Part shown: positions 48,900 through 60,024 of the stretch, in pieces
Position numbering within the stretch: the stretch's first letter is position 1
Layout of the letters: each line of letters opens with the position of its first letter
Notes under the pieces: model-generated
What the model was told of the DNA's origin: nothing
The model's input: the letters and a program-made list of their open reading frames with translations, nothing else
Database searches by the model: none
DNA from: Gnetum montanum
Taxonomy: Eukaryota > Plantae > Gnetophyta
Direction of reading: 5' to 3'
Assembly: GCA_015680685.1 (NCBI GenBank)
Contig: MNCI01001451.1
Coordinates: forward strand, 424,723 to 488,722
DNA: 64,000 bases
Translations under genes and position numbers: made by a program

Positions 48900-51600
48900 T
48901 AAATATTGGAATCCATTCCTCATTATATGACATACATAGGTTCATGAGAATCATACCCTCTTTTAACTAGGATGGCAAGGCATGGTAAGCACATGCACCT
49001 TGGTCCAACCACATAGATCAAATCCATTGCAATGGTTACAAGGATCCTCAATGACACATAAATTCATTGCTAGCAACCAAGCACTTATTTATGATTTCAA
49101 AGCTCATGCCTTAATAGGTAGATCCACCACCTACCCACAGGTCTAGTAACATTAACTTCAATAGCTCATGAGATGAGTCCTAGCTCCCTGCTAAATTTGA
49201 ACCTGGTTTACTAGTGATGGATAGAGGAAATGTAGATAGATGAACTCTATTGTATGGTCATTCCATTGATCAAGGCTCCTATTTAGAAATTCTCAATACT
49301 CTTGCATGATAATCACATTTGTAACTCATTCATCCATGATTGGCCTCTTAGATGAGCATTTAGAAAACACACTAATTTATTTTCCCATACATACAAAAGC
49401 ATACTTAAAGAAAAGCTATAAATGATTACTATTTAAGCTCACAAAGTATAAAAATCATAACTAAACATATCCAATTTATTAAGCATCAATTCCATGACTA
49501 ATCCCATAGTGCTTATGTTTATACTTAGGGTAGAATTTTCTGCCTTGGAAGTTTGGACTTTTTTCCATAATTAAATTAATAGGTATGTGGTAACATTATT
49601 CAATATCCTACCTGAAAGCTAAATTAATGTGTAGAAAATATTAAAATATTTAACTTTTTTGGGTTGCAATTAACTAGGGATTCCATCCTTCATGGAACTA
49701 GGAAGTAGAAGGTGTTATTACTACTTTTGTGAAGGAGGTTGATGGGTAGGACTACTTATGATAGGTAAGTACTCTTGAGGTGTCACATGTGGAGATTGGT
49801 AAGTACTTGCCTAGATACCTTGGAAGTAGGGTTTAGTATGAAGCACCATTTGTTATTGCATTAGAATAGGAATATTTCATGTAGTAGTATGTTAAGGATT
49901 TGGAGTTTACCACTATTGGTATTATTGCATGGGCTATCGATACATACCTCTAGGATAGTACAATGTTCAAAGGCAAGAAGTTCTTATTTGTCTCTTTATG
50001 AACCTAGGATTTAGAGGTATTCCAACTTTTTCCATTTAACCAATTAAGTGAATCATGATTGGGTCGCACCATGGGTCATGAGGATTTATAGAATACCCAT
50101 AAGGACCCTCATCACTAAAGGATAAGAAAGCCTTATTTAGATCTTTCTTGAAGCTTTTAGATTAACAAATCTTATCCTTATCCTTGCCATCATAATTCTT
50201 TATATGTTTAAGTGATGTAATTACTTTACTATAGCTTTAACCATCTTATTCTCAATGCCCTTAAAGATAATCATTATCTTATCATCCATTGCTTCCCAAA
50301 CCTAGTCCACCTTTTGGATTAAGTTTGTCAAGATCTTTTTTGTTCTGACTTGGTATCGTACAAAGACCTTAATTGTAGTGGAATGTTTGGTTGTACCTTT
50401 AATATTTTTAACCATATTTTTATATGTAGGATCACAATTTTACTCCTTGGTTGATTGTCACTTTTGCTATTCAACTTTCACACTTGCAATGATGTTTAGA
50501 AGTGCTTTGATTTTTGCCATGGACTTTTTGTATACTTGGTCCATCATGTACATTTCACCCTAAACCCTTATCTTCTATCTTAGGTCTTCCATGATATGCA
50601 TCAATTATTATCTTTAACTAGAGACATGAATTGGATAGTGGTGGATAATTTTCATGCATATTTCCATGACAATGTTCAATAGCTCATGGGCTTCCTACCT
50701 TCATCTAGTTATCTCCTTCCTAATGTTTGAAATATAGGAATAAGTCTAAAATTTAGTGTAGAAGATTTGGATCATGTCTAATTATTTTTAAATTTATTTT
50801 AAGGCCAAATACCTATACCACATTTTTTCATGATTGATGAAGGTGCAAAAAAATAATCGTAGCTTCTACCAATCATTGTCAATCCTTTATAGATAGCAGT
50901 TATTGTTAAATACATACATGTGAAGTTAAGGATCATCTCTAGTAAGCCCTTTATATGTTAGGACATCAACCATGTAAATTCATTTAATATGACTATCAGA
51001 AATATGCTTCCATAAAATATAGATAAATTCAATGAATTTATGATAGTTATCCTAGTTAAACAAAGAGGCATCATTGTTACTAGGTGGTCCAAACAAGTGC
51101 AAATGCTAGAACTTGGAGAGTAGATCAGCACCATGAGTCTAAGCTACATTTTGATGAGTGGTATCTAATCATGGATCTTTATGATGGATTTGACCTTTTC
51201 CTTTCTTATTTACTTTATCATCCTCATCTTCATCCAAATGGTTAAATGGAAAGCTATGGTGATCCTCCTCTTCCATTGTTTGGTCTTAAAGCTCTTATGT
51301 ATTCCAAGATTTGTGGTCATTGTAAACTGGATTTGAAGCCACATAAAATGCATAATCATCCTCCATGATAATGTTGGTTAGGATATTTTTGAGATCATGT
51401 GATGCAACCTCAACTAGTCCCTTAGAGAACTATCCATAAGCATCATGCCACCTCCCTTGCTTATCTGGGTAATAAGATAAAATGATTGGTGGTAGGATTG
51501 TAATGTTTGAGTATTCAAGTGTGATGTAATCCCTCCATTTAGTACCATGTTCTCTAGTAGACGCTCTTGATGGACTTTAAATTTTCTTCACCATATCATT
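48900..51600 (-). pseudogene. Element F gag and protease remnant
   Basis: The minus strand at 50600-51000 reads DDP*LHMYVFNNNCYL*RIDNDW*KLRLFFCTFINHEKMWYRYL...KF*TYSYISNIRKEI, homologous to the gag of A, B and C. The protease remnant (~49330-48900) is weak. Confidence 0.7.
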
Positions 51601-51707
51601 CATGGTAATAACCTACACACAGTGCTAAAGAAACAAATCCTTAGGTTGAAAAAATGTATAAGTATTTTTAGGTAATACACTAATGTCTTTACTAGTAATG
51701 ATACTAA

Positions 51708-52945
51708 TGATAGGGATCCCATTAGTTTTAACAAATGGAATTATATAATATGAAACATATTACAATATAGTCATAAGTTTCAAAGATGATATTTAGTGGA
51801 TTTTCAAGAATACATGTGTATATTGTTGCATTTAATGTACATAAATGATATTATAATACATATCATATAGTGAGAACTTGTGTCTTGACAGTTGACAAAT
51901 AATAGAGTATTTATCATTTTTATGTATTTTATAAATATATGAATAAATCAATAAACAATACATATGCATCACAATCCATCATAGAATAAATGCAATGCTT
52001 ACAAATACACACACATGTCACAATCCCTCATGGGATAGATGCAACACCATACATGAAAAGCAATAAATGGCTCCTAGTCACAACCTCAATGGCCTAACAC
52101 CATGCCATATAGTTGTAACCTCCTTGGATAAGGATGACTCATCACAACTCAATATAATAGAAATGAAATGAATATTTTTGGTATTTTTAAGTTGTAAGGT
52201 ATCCAAGTCATGAAACAAAGGGAAAATCATGAGTTTTATTTACTACACAAACACTAGACTCTTTATTGACTAATCAATTTTAAAGTAAGTAATGAAGGTA
52301 GAACTTTGATAGAGTCTAGCTATACTTTTGAAAGTAATGACTCAAAATACATATACAAAGTAGAAAGGAAGTCAACTTAACTAAGAGATAAGGAGCTCTA
52401 CATGCAAACTAGATGGAAAAAGCCCAAAAAATAACTAATCTATTAATGATATGTATGAAATCTCATCTTAAGTATTTATAGTTTTCTCGATGTAATGGTG
52501 GAGGTTTCTTAATTATTAGGCATAAATTGAGGTCCATCGATGCAACCTTGACCATTTAGAGCATACTTTTGGCACTTATATCTAAACTTGGGTATGTAAG
52601 GGATGCATCAATGTTCCTACATTGATGTATGAGGGTTCACTAACATAGGGATCTTAGTGCACCCCCTCCCCCCCTACCAAGATAGCAAATGTTAGGTCCA
52701 AATAAGAACTAGAATCTAAGGGAACATATCATAAGAATCTCAAGGCATTTGAATGATATTAGAATAGTCTTAAGAAGAGTGAGACATGCACATAATCCAA
52801 AAGTATTATACAAGATGTAAGAATGCATGCCTAGGAGATAAAACCTTAATTGCACATGCTAGGACTACAAACACAGGATACATGAAATACTTCTTGGGTT
52901 TAGAACTTACAATGGATTTACAAAATGCCACTAGAAAACTCATCA
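51708..52945 (-). repeat. Element F 5' LTR
   Basis: Colinear with 35364-36594 and adjacent to the decayed PBS. Confidence 0.85.
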
Positions 52946-53886
52946 TCCACTTAACTATAGGGTTAAATTTGAAAATGATAAGCCTATGAATATGGGATTA
53001 AAAATAAATGGATTTTCTATTAAGCTCTAGAAAAATTTTATAGAATTTGAGAGACCAAGAGTATGAACATCTACCTTCCTAGCATCTTCCACATGCTCAA
53101 TGACCACTACAACTTGTCATGGTAAATCATGAGTTTAGTTCAGCAGCCAAGTCCACAATAGTCTAATCATTGATCTTAACACAATGTCAACATTAATTTG
53201 GTAGTACTAACATCACTATTGTAGACTTAGAATTTTTTAGCATCAGTGTTACTTCTCTAGAGTTAAAATATTTTTAGCTCCAATGTTAGTCCTAGGACAC
53301 TTAGCCAAAATATCCTTGTTTTAGCTCCAAATTGATTCTAGATAATTTCTATACTATTTTTATCCATATATTCATCCTATAAAGATTTTGTTTCACTTCA
53401 TTACTTATAAATTGATCCTTTATTATTAGTTTTATCTCCCTTATGTTTTTTTACTAATATTTGTAACTTTGGCCCCCCATAGGATGTAAACATTTATCAT
53501 TCACTTAATTATGCATCTTTATTATTTGGAAAAAAATTGAAATCCTTTCTCTTATATTAAGCTCATGGATTAAGTATTTCAACACTTAATTATGGAGGTG
53601 TTCTTGTGAGATTGAGAAAGAACAATTTTGTAGAAACATTACCATTATCAATAACCTTCTTATTAAAAATAGTTTTAATATTTTAGTTAATAGTATTCCT
53701 ATTAGATGAGGAAAGTTTTTTATATCAGCTAATTGTCAAAGTTGATTAATACTCTCTCTAGCATTAATAAAAATATATGAGCTTTTATCTTATTTGGGTT
53801 CTTTATTATCATTTGATCATTCTTATTGTTGACATTAACTTGATTTTTCATATTTTCAACTTCATATTAATTTTTATCTTCAATGT

Positions 53887-54653
53887 TGATGAGTGGCGAG
53901 GTATCCCTACACTCAACCATACGAATACGAGCGTGTACACACAATTTGGTCAAACTCCGCAGATGAGGTGTATGATATTTGTCACATATGGTTTAGTCCA
54001 GATGAGGTGTATGATATGTTCCTAATTCTAACGCTACTCCTGAAGGCAATGGAAAAGAATATTAACTAAGCCAAGCTAGGAGAAAAAGGTAAGAAAATAT
54101 AATCTAGCCTAAGTGCGATGAGGAACCGATTCCTTGATCAACCGTACACATATTGGACCTTGTGCATGACTACCACTAGGATTACCAAGTGTAGATCCTA
54201 GGTACGCCACTGGGCTACCAAGTAGTCACACTTAAATGCTCGTAATCAAGTCGTACTCGTTCTGCATTCTAGGAGTTTAAGGGTGAGAGAGAGAAAACAG
54301 TAAATAACATTAAATAAATAAACAAAAAAATAAATAACAAAGTGAATGCTACAATGATGAAGTAATCTCGATCTTTATTGCTGGTCATGTACATGTCCAA
54401 GTATGCCACACTTGAATAAAGACACCGTACAATCACATTCACCATACTGCGGGCAAACACGGGAAAATAAACTATCTGTGGAGTGGCTAAACTACCAAAG
54501 CTTCGCTACTTCTATTCTAGCATGATGAACAAGGGAGAGCTACTTCTTATTTATAAACATTGCGGCGCACTGTGATATCGCGTACGCAATATCGTAGGGA
54601 AGACGCGATATTGCGTACGCGATATCATGGCCTATGTGAATCACATCTCATCA
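53887..54653 (-). repeat. Element C 3' LTR
   Basis: Highly similar to 59214-60024 apart from two indels. Confidence 0.95.
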
Positions 54654-54820
54654 TACCCCCACGACTAAATAAAAACTCGTCCTTGAGTTAAAAAGAGAAC
54701 AAGTTCCATTTATTACACAGTGGATAGCTATGGGATTATTAACTGGAAAAAGAAATAAAATGATGCCACAGTGTGGGAAGACACAACACAGAAAAAATAC
54801 TACACTACAAAAAATGGAAC

Positions 54821-55421
54821 TCATGTAGTTCCTGGTGGTGGTGGCTCCTCCATGGGTGCTTTCCCTTTGTCATGTGCTCTAGACTTTGAAACTTGATGGC
54901 ATTGAAGTATGGCCTGTAGTTTCTCCTCTTCAGTCAGAGGGTCTTGTGTGCCTTGGCGTGCATGTAAGTTTGCACTTATGCCATAGAGGCATCCCAGTTA
55001 GCCTTCTCTTTTTCTTCCGCCACCCTTTTATTTTCTGTCAATAGTTTATTAAGTTGCTTGGTTCTAAAAGTGTCCAGCTAGTTCTAAGCAACCTTTGGCC
55101 CTGTATTCGGAAGGTTTAATACTTCCAAAATGGCTTGAACAGAGAAGTCAACAGTCACACCACAATTTTCAACCATGGTGTCTTCTTCTTTATTGTGCCA
55201 AAATTGGTACATTTCCCCTAAGTACCGGCACCGCTTTCAGAGAGGGTATCTCCTACTTTTGCTTGCCCGGACCGTATGGTAGGAGGATCTTCTTAATGAA
55301 TGCTAAATGATTGTTCCTCCTATTTTGCATGTTGTCCGGTAGGATCTTGTCTTCCACCTCTCTGAGATCGTTTGATCACACCTTGAGTAGGACCTTCTTG
55401 TTGTCCACGGTTCAGGGCCAT
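54821..55421 (-). pseudogene. Element C truncated env-like ORF, preceded by a splice acceptor
   Basis: CTAAT...GTGATTGCAG|ATG at 55421. The ORF contains EMYQFWHNKEEDTMVENCGVTVDFSVQAILEVLNLPNTG and ends DKGKAPMEEPPPPGTT*. Confidence 0.6.
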
Positions 55422-56786
55422 CTGCAATCACACGGGACCAATCATTAGTAAGGTTGTTACCAAAGGTAGGTTATACCTTACTGCTTGCCTTAATAGATTT
55501 ACTTTATTTCTGTGTGATGTTAATTATTGGAAGAACATGTCTCCAAAAGATTATAGTATTGAGTCCTCTTTTCTTAGGTGGTTTCCAAATTTAATTTTCT
55601 GGTATAGCTAAGGGGATAAAATTGTTTTTGACACATTTTATTCTTAATTTTAGAACAAATTACCCTTAAAGATGTTCTTCGGGTGATGATGAATTTCAAA
55701 AAATTTATGCACTATTTGGCATGTGCCGCTCCCCCACGACTAAACTGAACACTCTGGGGTCAAGTAGGTTCAAACGGAATGAAAATCGGAGTACCAGCGA
55801 GCGAGTTATGGATATGAAAGCAAGGGATGCGTAATTGCAAGTTGTAGAGAGAAATTTGAAAAACTTCCCTTGCATGAACAGTTGCAAATAATGTGGATTA
55901 GCATAGGGGCTTCATGTATATATATATTTTTATTGAAGTTAGGGCACTTAGAGAATGTACCGAATTTTTAATATTTCTTTGAAATTAAATGATGTAAAAT
56001 AAGGACATATGGATAATTATTAAAGGGTTCTCAGGTAATTAGATGGTTTTAAAGGCACGAATAATGATCTATGGGTTTTATCAATAAGGACCTTAGGTGA
56101 TAGAGAAAAAGGCTATGTGATGATTCATAGGGACGTTGAATTGGAGGAATAGTAATAAGGGAAAGAATATCTTGAACAATACACCGAGGGTAATAAATGG
56201 TGTGTATGAGCTAGAGAATCAGTGAAGATTACAAAAACTTACACAAGTGGGTCCTCCCCAAAGCAGGTTCCAACCTATAATGCCCTTGTGTAACCACACT
56301 TAAAGTGTTCGTGGGCACTAGAAGGGTTAAATGTAATCCGAACTAACTCCACAAAACACACACATGTAAATATCATCGGAATGAGATGTAAATTCTATGC
56401 TACATGGGACACAAGCTACAATTACATGAACAGTGAGGTGAGATGAACTGAAGAAAGGGATCGGAGAGATTAGGACATGAGGTAACTGACCCAGGGCATA
56501 ATGAATTCTGCGTGTAAAGAATGATTAACATGTCATTAACCCATCGTTCCAAGATTAGGACCAAGTCCATCCTTCTAATAAGTGACATCGCAGTGTTTCA
56601 TCCCATGATAAACAACTATGAGAGTACCATAACAACAAGGCGTATGATCACTTGGCGTTTAGTACAAGGGAGGAGTGATTTTTGTTTTATGGCACTTCCT
56701 TTTTCTTTTCTCTTTCTTTTTTTTTCACTTTACTGAATCTAGAGAAATTGCCAACCTTCAGGCATGGGTGCATGTCTTTCCAGTGG

Positions 56787-57404
56787 NNNNNNNNNNNNNN
56801 NNNNNNNNNNNNNNNNNNNNNNNNNNNNNNNNNNNNNNNNNNNNNNNNNNNNNNNNNNNNNNNNNNNNNNNNNNNNNNNNNNNNNNNNNNNNNNNNNNNN
56901 NNNNNNNNNNNNNNNNNNNNNNNNNNNNNNNNNNNNNNNNNNNNNNNNNNNNNNNNNNNNNNNNNNNNNNNNNNNNNNNNNNNNNNNNNNNNNNNNNNNN
57001 NNNNNNNNNNNNNNNNNNNNNNNNNNNNNNNNNNNNNNNNNNNNNNNNNNNNNNNNNNNNNNNNNNNNNNNNNNNNNNNNNNNNNNNNNNNNNNNNNNNN
57101 NNNNNNNNNNNNNNNNNNNNNNNNNNNNNNNNNNNNNNNNNNNNNNNNNNNNNNNNNNNNNNNNNNNNNNNNNNNNNNNNNNNNNNNNNNNNNNNNNNNN
57201 NNNNNNNNNNNNNNNNNNNNNNNNNNNNNNNNNNNNNNNNNNNNNNNNNNNNNNNNNNNNNNNNNNNNNNNNNNNNNNNNNNNNNNNNNNNNNNNNNNNN
57301 NNNNNNNNNNNNNNNNNNNNNNNNNNNNNNNNNNNNNNNNNNNNNNNNNNNNNNNNNNNNNNNNNNNNNNNNNNNNNNNNNNNNNNNNNNNNNNNNNNNN
57401 NNNN
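56787..57404. other. Assembly gap (618 N)
   Basis: Run of N. Confidence 1.
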
Positions 57405-59139
57405 GTGGCCCTGATGAAGTTACATGAGGCATTGGGTTTGAAGGTAAGGATGCACCATAGGGTTGGACTTGTGCTAGGTTGGAAGGTGCAGTGGCTTCAG
57501 AATTGTGTTGTCCCTTCCTACAGCCATGTTTAAAGAAAGGACGCTTTTGATGTTGAGGAGGCTCTTCACTACTGTTAGTAGTAGTAGCACAAGTGTTGTT
57601 CATGGATTGAGGTGGTACAAACACCTTAGGAACAATTGGTGGCATTGTGGAAGGAGGGAAAGGATAAGAACGTTGAAAGTTAGGAGGAGTATAAGGTGCA
57701 CAAGGTGGTGGTTGTGTTGGAGGTATGGGCTGATGGTATTATGGTGAGATAGAGTATGGTGGCCCAAATGGAAAGATAGGATGTTGAACATGACAAGCAT
57801 TTGAGTTTGGAAAATATGAAGGGTGCCTCCAGTCTACGGGTGGTCTCCCCCACGACTGGGATGGTTTTCACTGTGATCGAACACAGGATCTCTGTACGAA
57901 CTCTGGATGTAACGTGTTTCCCCAATGCTCATATAAATGTAACAATATTGGGCATTGGCCTTTGGGGTGATCGTACATGCATATGTTGCATTCATATGTA
58001 TGATTAGCAGTTGAGCACTTATTCCCTTTATTCTTTTTTTCCGAATGTCTAATGTTTTGTCCTGCTTCTTGGGTTGTCAAAACTCTATCTCCAATGGTGT
58101 TGTTAAATTCTTCACTCTTTTGATACATCCATTCCAACATCTTATTGATCTTTGCCTCGGCTTCTTCTAACAATTTTTGTATTGGAAAAGATGATGTTTC
58201 CATGTTGAGATTTGTTGATTTCTCCTTGTTATGATCAGGGACCTTTGTTAAGTTGAAATTTTGGTCCCATTGATGTTTTTCAACACTCTCCCATCTAGCT
58301 ATTTCTCCTTCTTCTTTTGCTACCCTTTGAATAAGCTCTTGAATTTGATGGGTTCGTAGTTGGTATAGTTGACCTTGGGCATACATTTCTAAGGTCTCTC
58401 TTGTTTCATTACGGAGCCCATCAATGATATGGTACATTAGCCTTTCCTCGGAAAACCCATGGCCTGGACAGTTGTTTAACAATGTGTAATATTTTTCTAA
58501 GGCCATGTCCAAGGGTTCATGTTGTGCATGTTTCCATCCTTGGATTTGTTTCCTCAAGGCTGACACTCTTGCGTAGGTTTGATATTTTTCATTAAAAACT
58601 TCTACCATTATTAACCAATGTCGTATTGAATTTGGTTTTAACGATCTATACCATACTTTCGCTTGGTCAACGAGTGTCATTGGGAAGAGCTTAAGTTTTT
58701 GCCAACTGTTATCGATGTTGTTCCATGTGCAGGCATCGTAGAAGGCTAGTAAATGTTGATGAAGATCTAAGTCATAGCCTCCTGAAAATGTAGAAAAGTT
58801 GTGTAAATTAAGCCTGGGTAGTCAGCTCTCTTTACGATGCCTACGTGAGATTCAAACAACCTCTTATATTTGCGTTAGGCTTGTAGTGGCCAGTGGGGGT
58901 TCATCGTCATCGGGTAAGTTAGGCTTTCTTGTGTTGCGATGATGTTTTTTTTGTTCATGTTTATAAGAAACTCCCACTTCAGGTTGTATACTCCAATCTT
59001 CATTGTCATATAGTTCGTTGGTTCTCCAATGAACTTCCTCACTAAGTGTGGCGTTATTATCATCTTGTAGGAGAGACATTGTTGTGTGTGAATTTATGTG
59101 TGACTTTCTATAATTACTTCTTTTTAAGAGATATATCAT
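57405..59139 (-). pseudogene. Element C gag
   Basis: ORF 57868-58680 reads AKVWYRSLKPNSIRHW...LLNNCPGHG...IIDGLRNETR...CNICMYDHPKGQCP. The KRPFF motif is shared with B. Confidence 0.9.
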
Positions 59140-59213
59140 TAAGTTCTTATATAGTGACCTTGTATAATATAACTAATCTAGATAACTAGCACCATCCCTG
59201 GCAACGGCGCCAA

Positions 59214-60024
59214 TGATGAGTGGCGAGGTACCCTTACACTCAACCATACGAATACGAGCGTGTACGCGCGATTTGGTCGAACTCCGCAGATGGACTAGTT
59301 GTGACACCTAGATAGTTATCCTTAGGTTGCAGTTCGCTATCTTCCCACTTGGACTAGTGTTATATTTGTCACGTATGGTTTAGTCCAGATGAGGTGTGTG
59401 ATATGTTCCTAATTATAATGCTACTCTTGAAGGCAATGAAAAAGAATATTAACTAAGCTAAGTTAGGAGGAAAAGGTAAGAAAATCTAATCTAGCCTAAG
59501 TGCAATGAGGAACTGATTCCTTGATCAACCGTACACATCTTGGACCTCGTGCATGACTACCACTAGGATTACCAAGCGTAGATCCTAGGTACGCCACTGG
59601 GCTACCAAGTAGTCATACTTAAATGCTCGTAATCAAGTCGTACTCGTTTCACGTTCTAGGAGTTTAAGGGTGAGAGAGAGAAAATAGTAAATAACATTAA
59701 ATAAATAAAAAAACAAATAAATAACAAAGTGAATGCTGCAATGATGAAGTAATCTCGATCTTTATTGCCATTCATGTGTGTGTCCAAGTACGTCACACTT
59801 GAATAAAGACACCGTACAATCACATTCACCACACTGCGGGCAGACATGGGAAAATAAACTATCTCTGGAGTGGCTAAACTACCAGAGCTTTGCTACTTCT
59901 ATTCTAGCATGATGAACAAGGGAGAGCCGCTTCTTATTTATAAACATTGCGGCGCACTGTGATATCGTGTACGCGATATCACGGGGGATGCGATATCGTG
60001 GCCTATGCGAATCGTGTCTCATCA
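59214..60024 (-). repeat. Element C 5' LTR
   Basis: Adjacent to the PBS; flanked by TSD AACGT at 60025-60029. Confidence 0.95.

Larger units (their letters stand above)
35364..52945 (-). mobile_element. Element F: old Athila-type LTR retrotransposon (gag, protease remnant, env-like ORF; no RT/INT seen), host of element B
   Basis: LTRs 35364-36594 and 51708-52945. TSD TTCAC/TCCAC. Decayed tRNA-Asp PBS at 51689-51706, differing almost only by C>T/G>A. PPT remnant 36595-36625 matches the element C PPT region. Confidence 0.82.
53887..60024 (-). mobile_element. Element C: Athila-type LTR retrotransposon (gag, assembly gap, short env-like remnant)
   Basis: LTRs 53887-54653 and 59214-60024. TSD AATGT/AACGT. 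PBS TGGCGCCGTTGCCAGGGA (tRNA-Asp) at 59212-59195. PPT TTTAGTCGTGGGGGTA adjoins 54654. Confidence 0.95.

Noticed and set aside
56675-57645. Long ORFs of 216-295 aa in the ORF track
   Set aside because: They are artefacts of reading through the 618-N gap.
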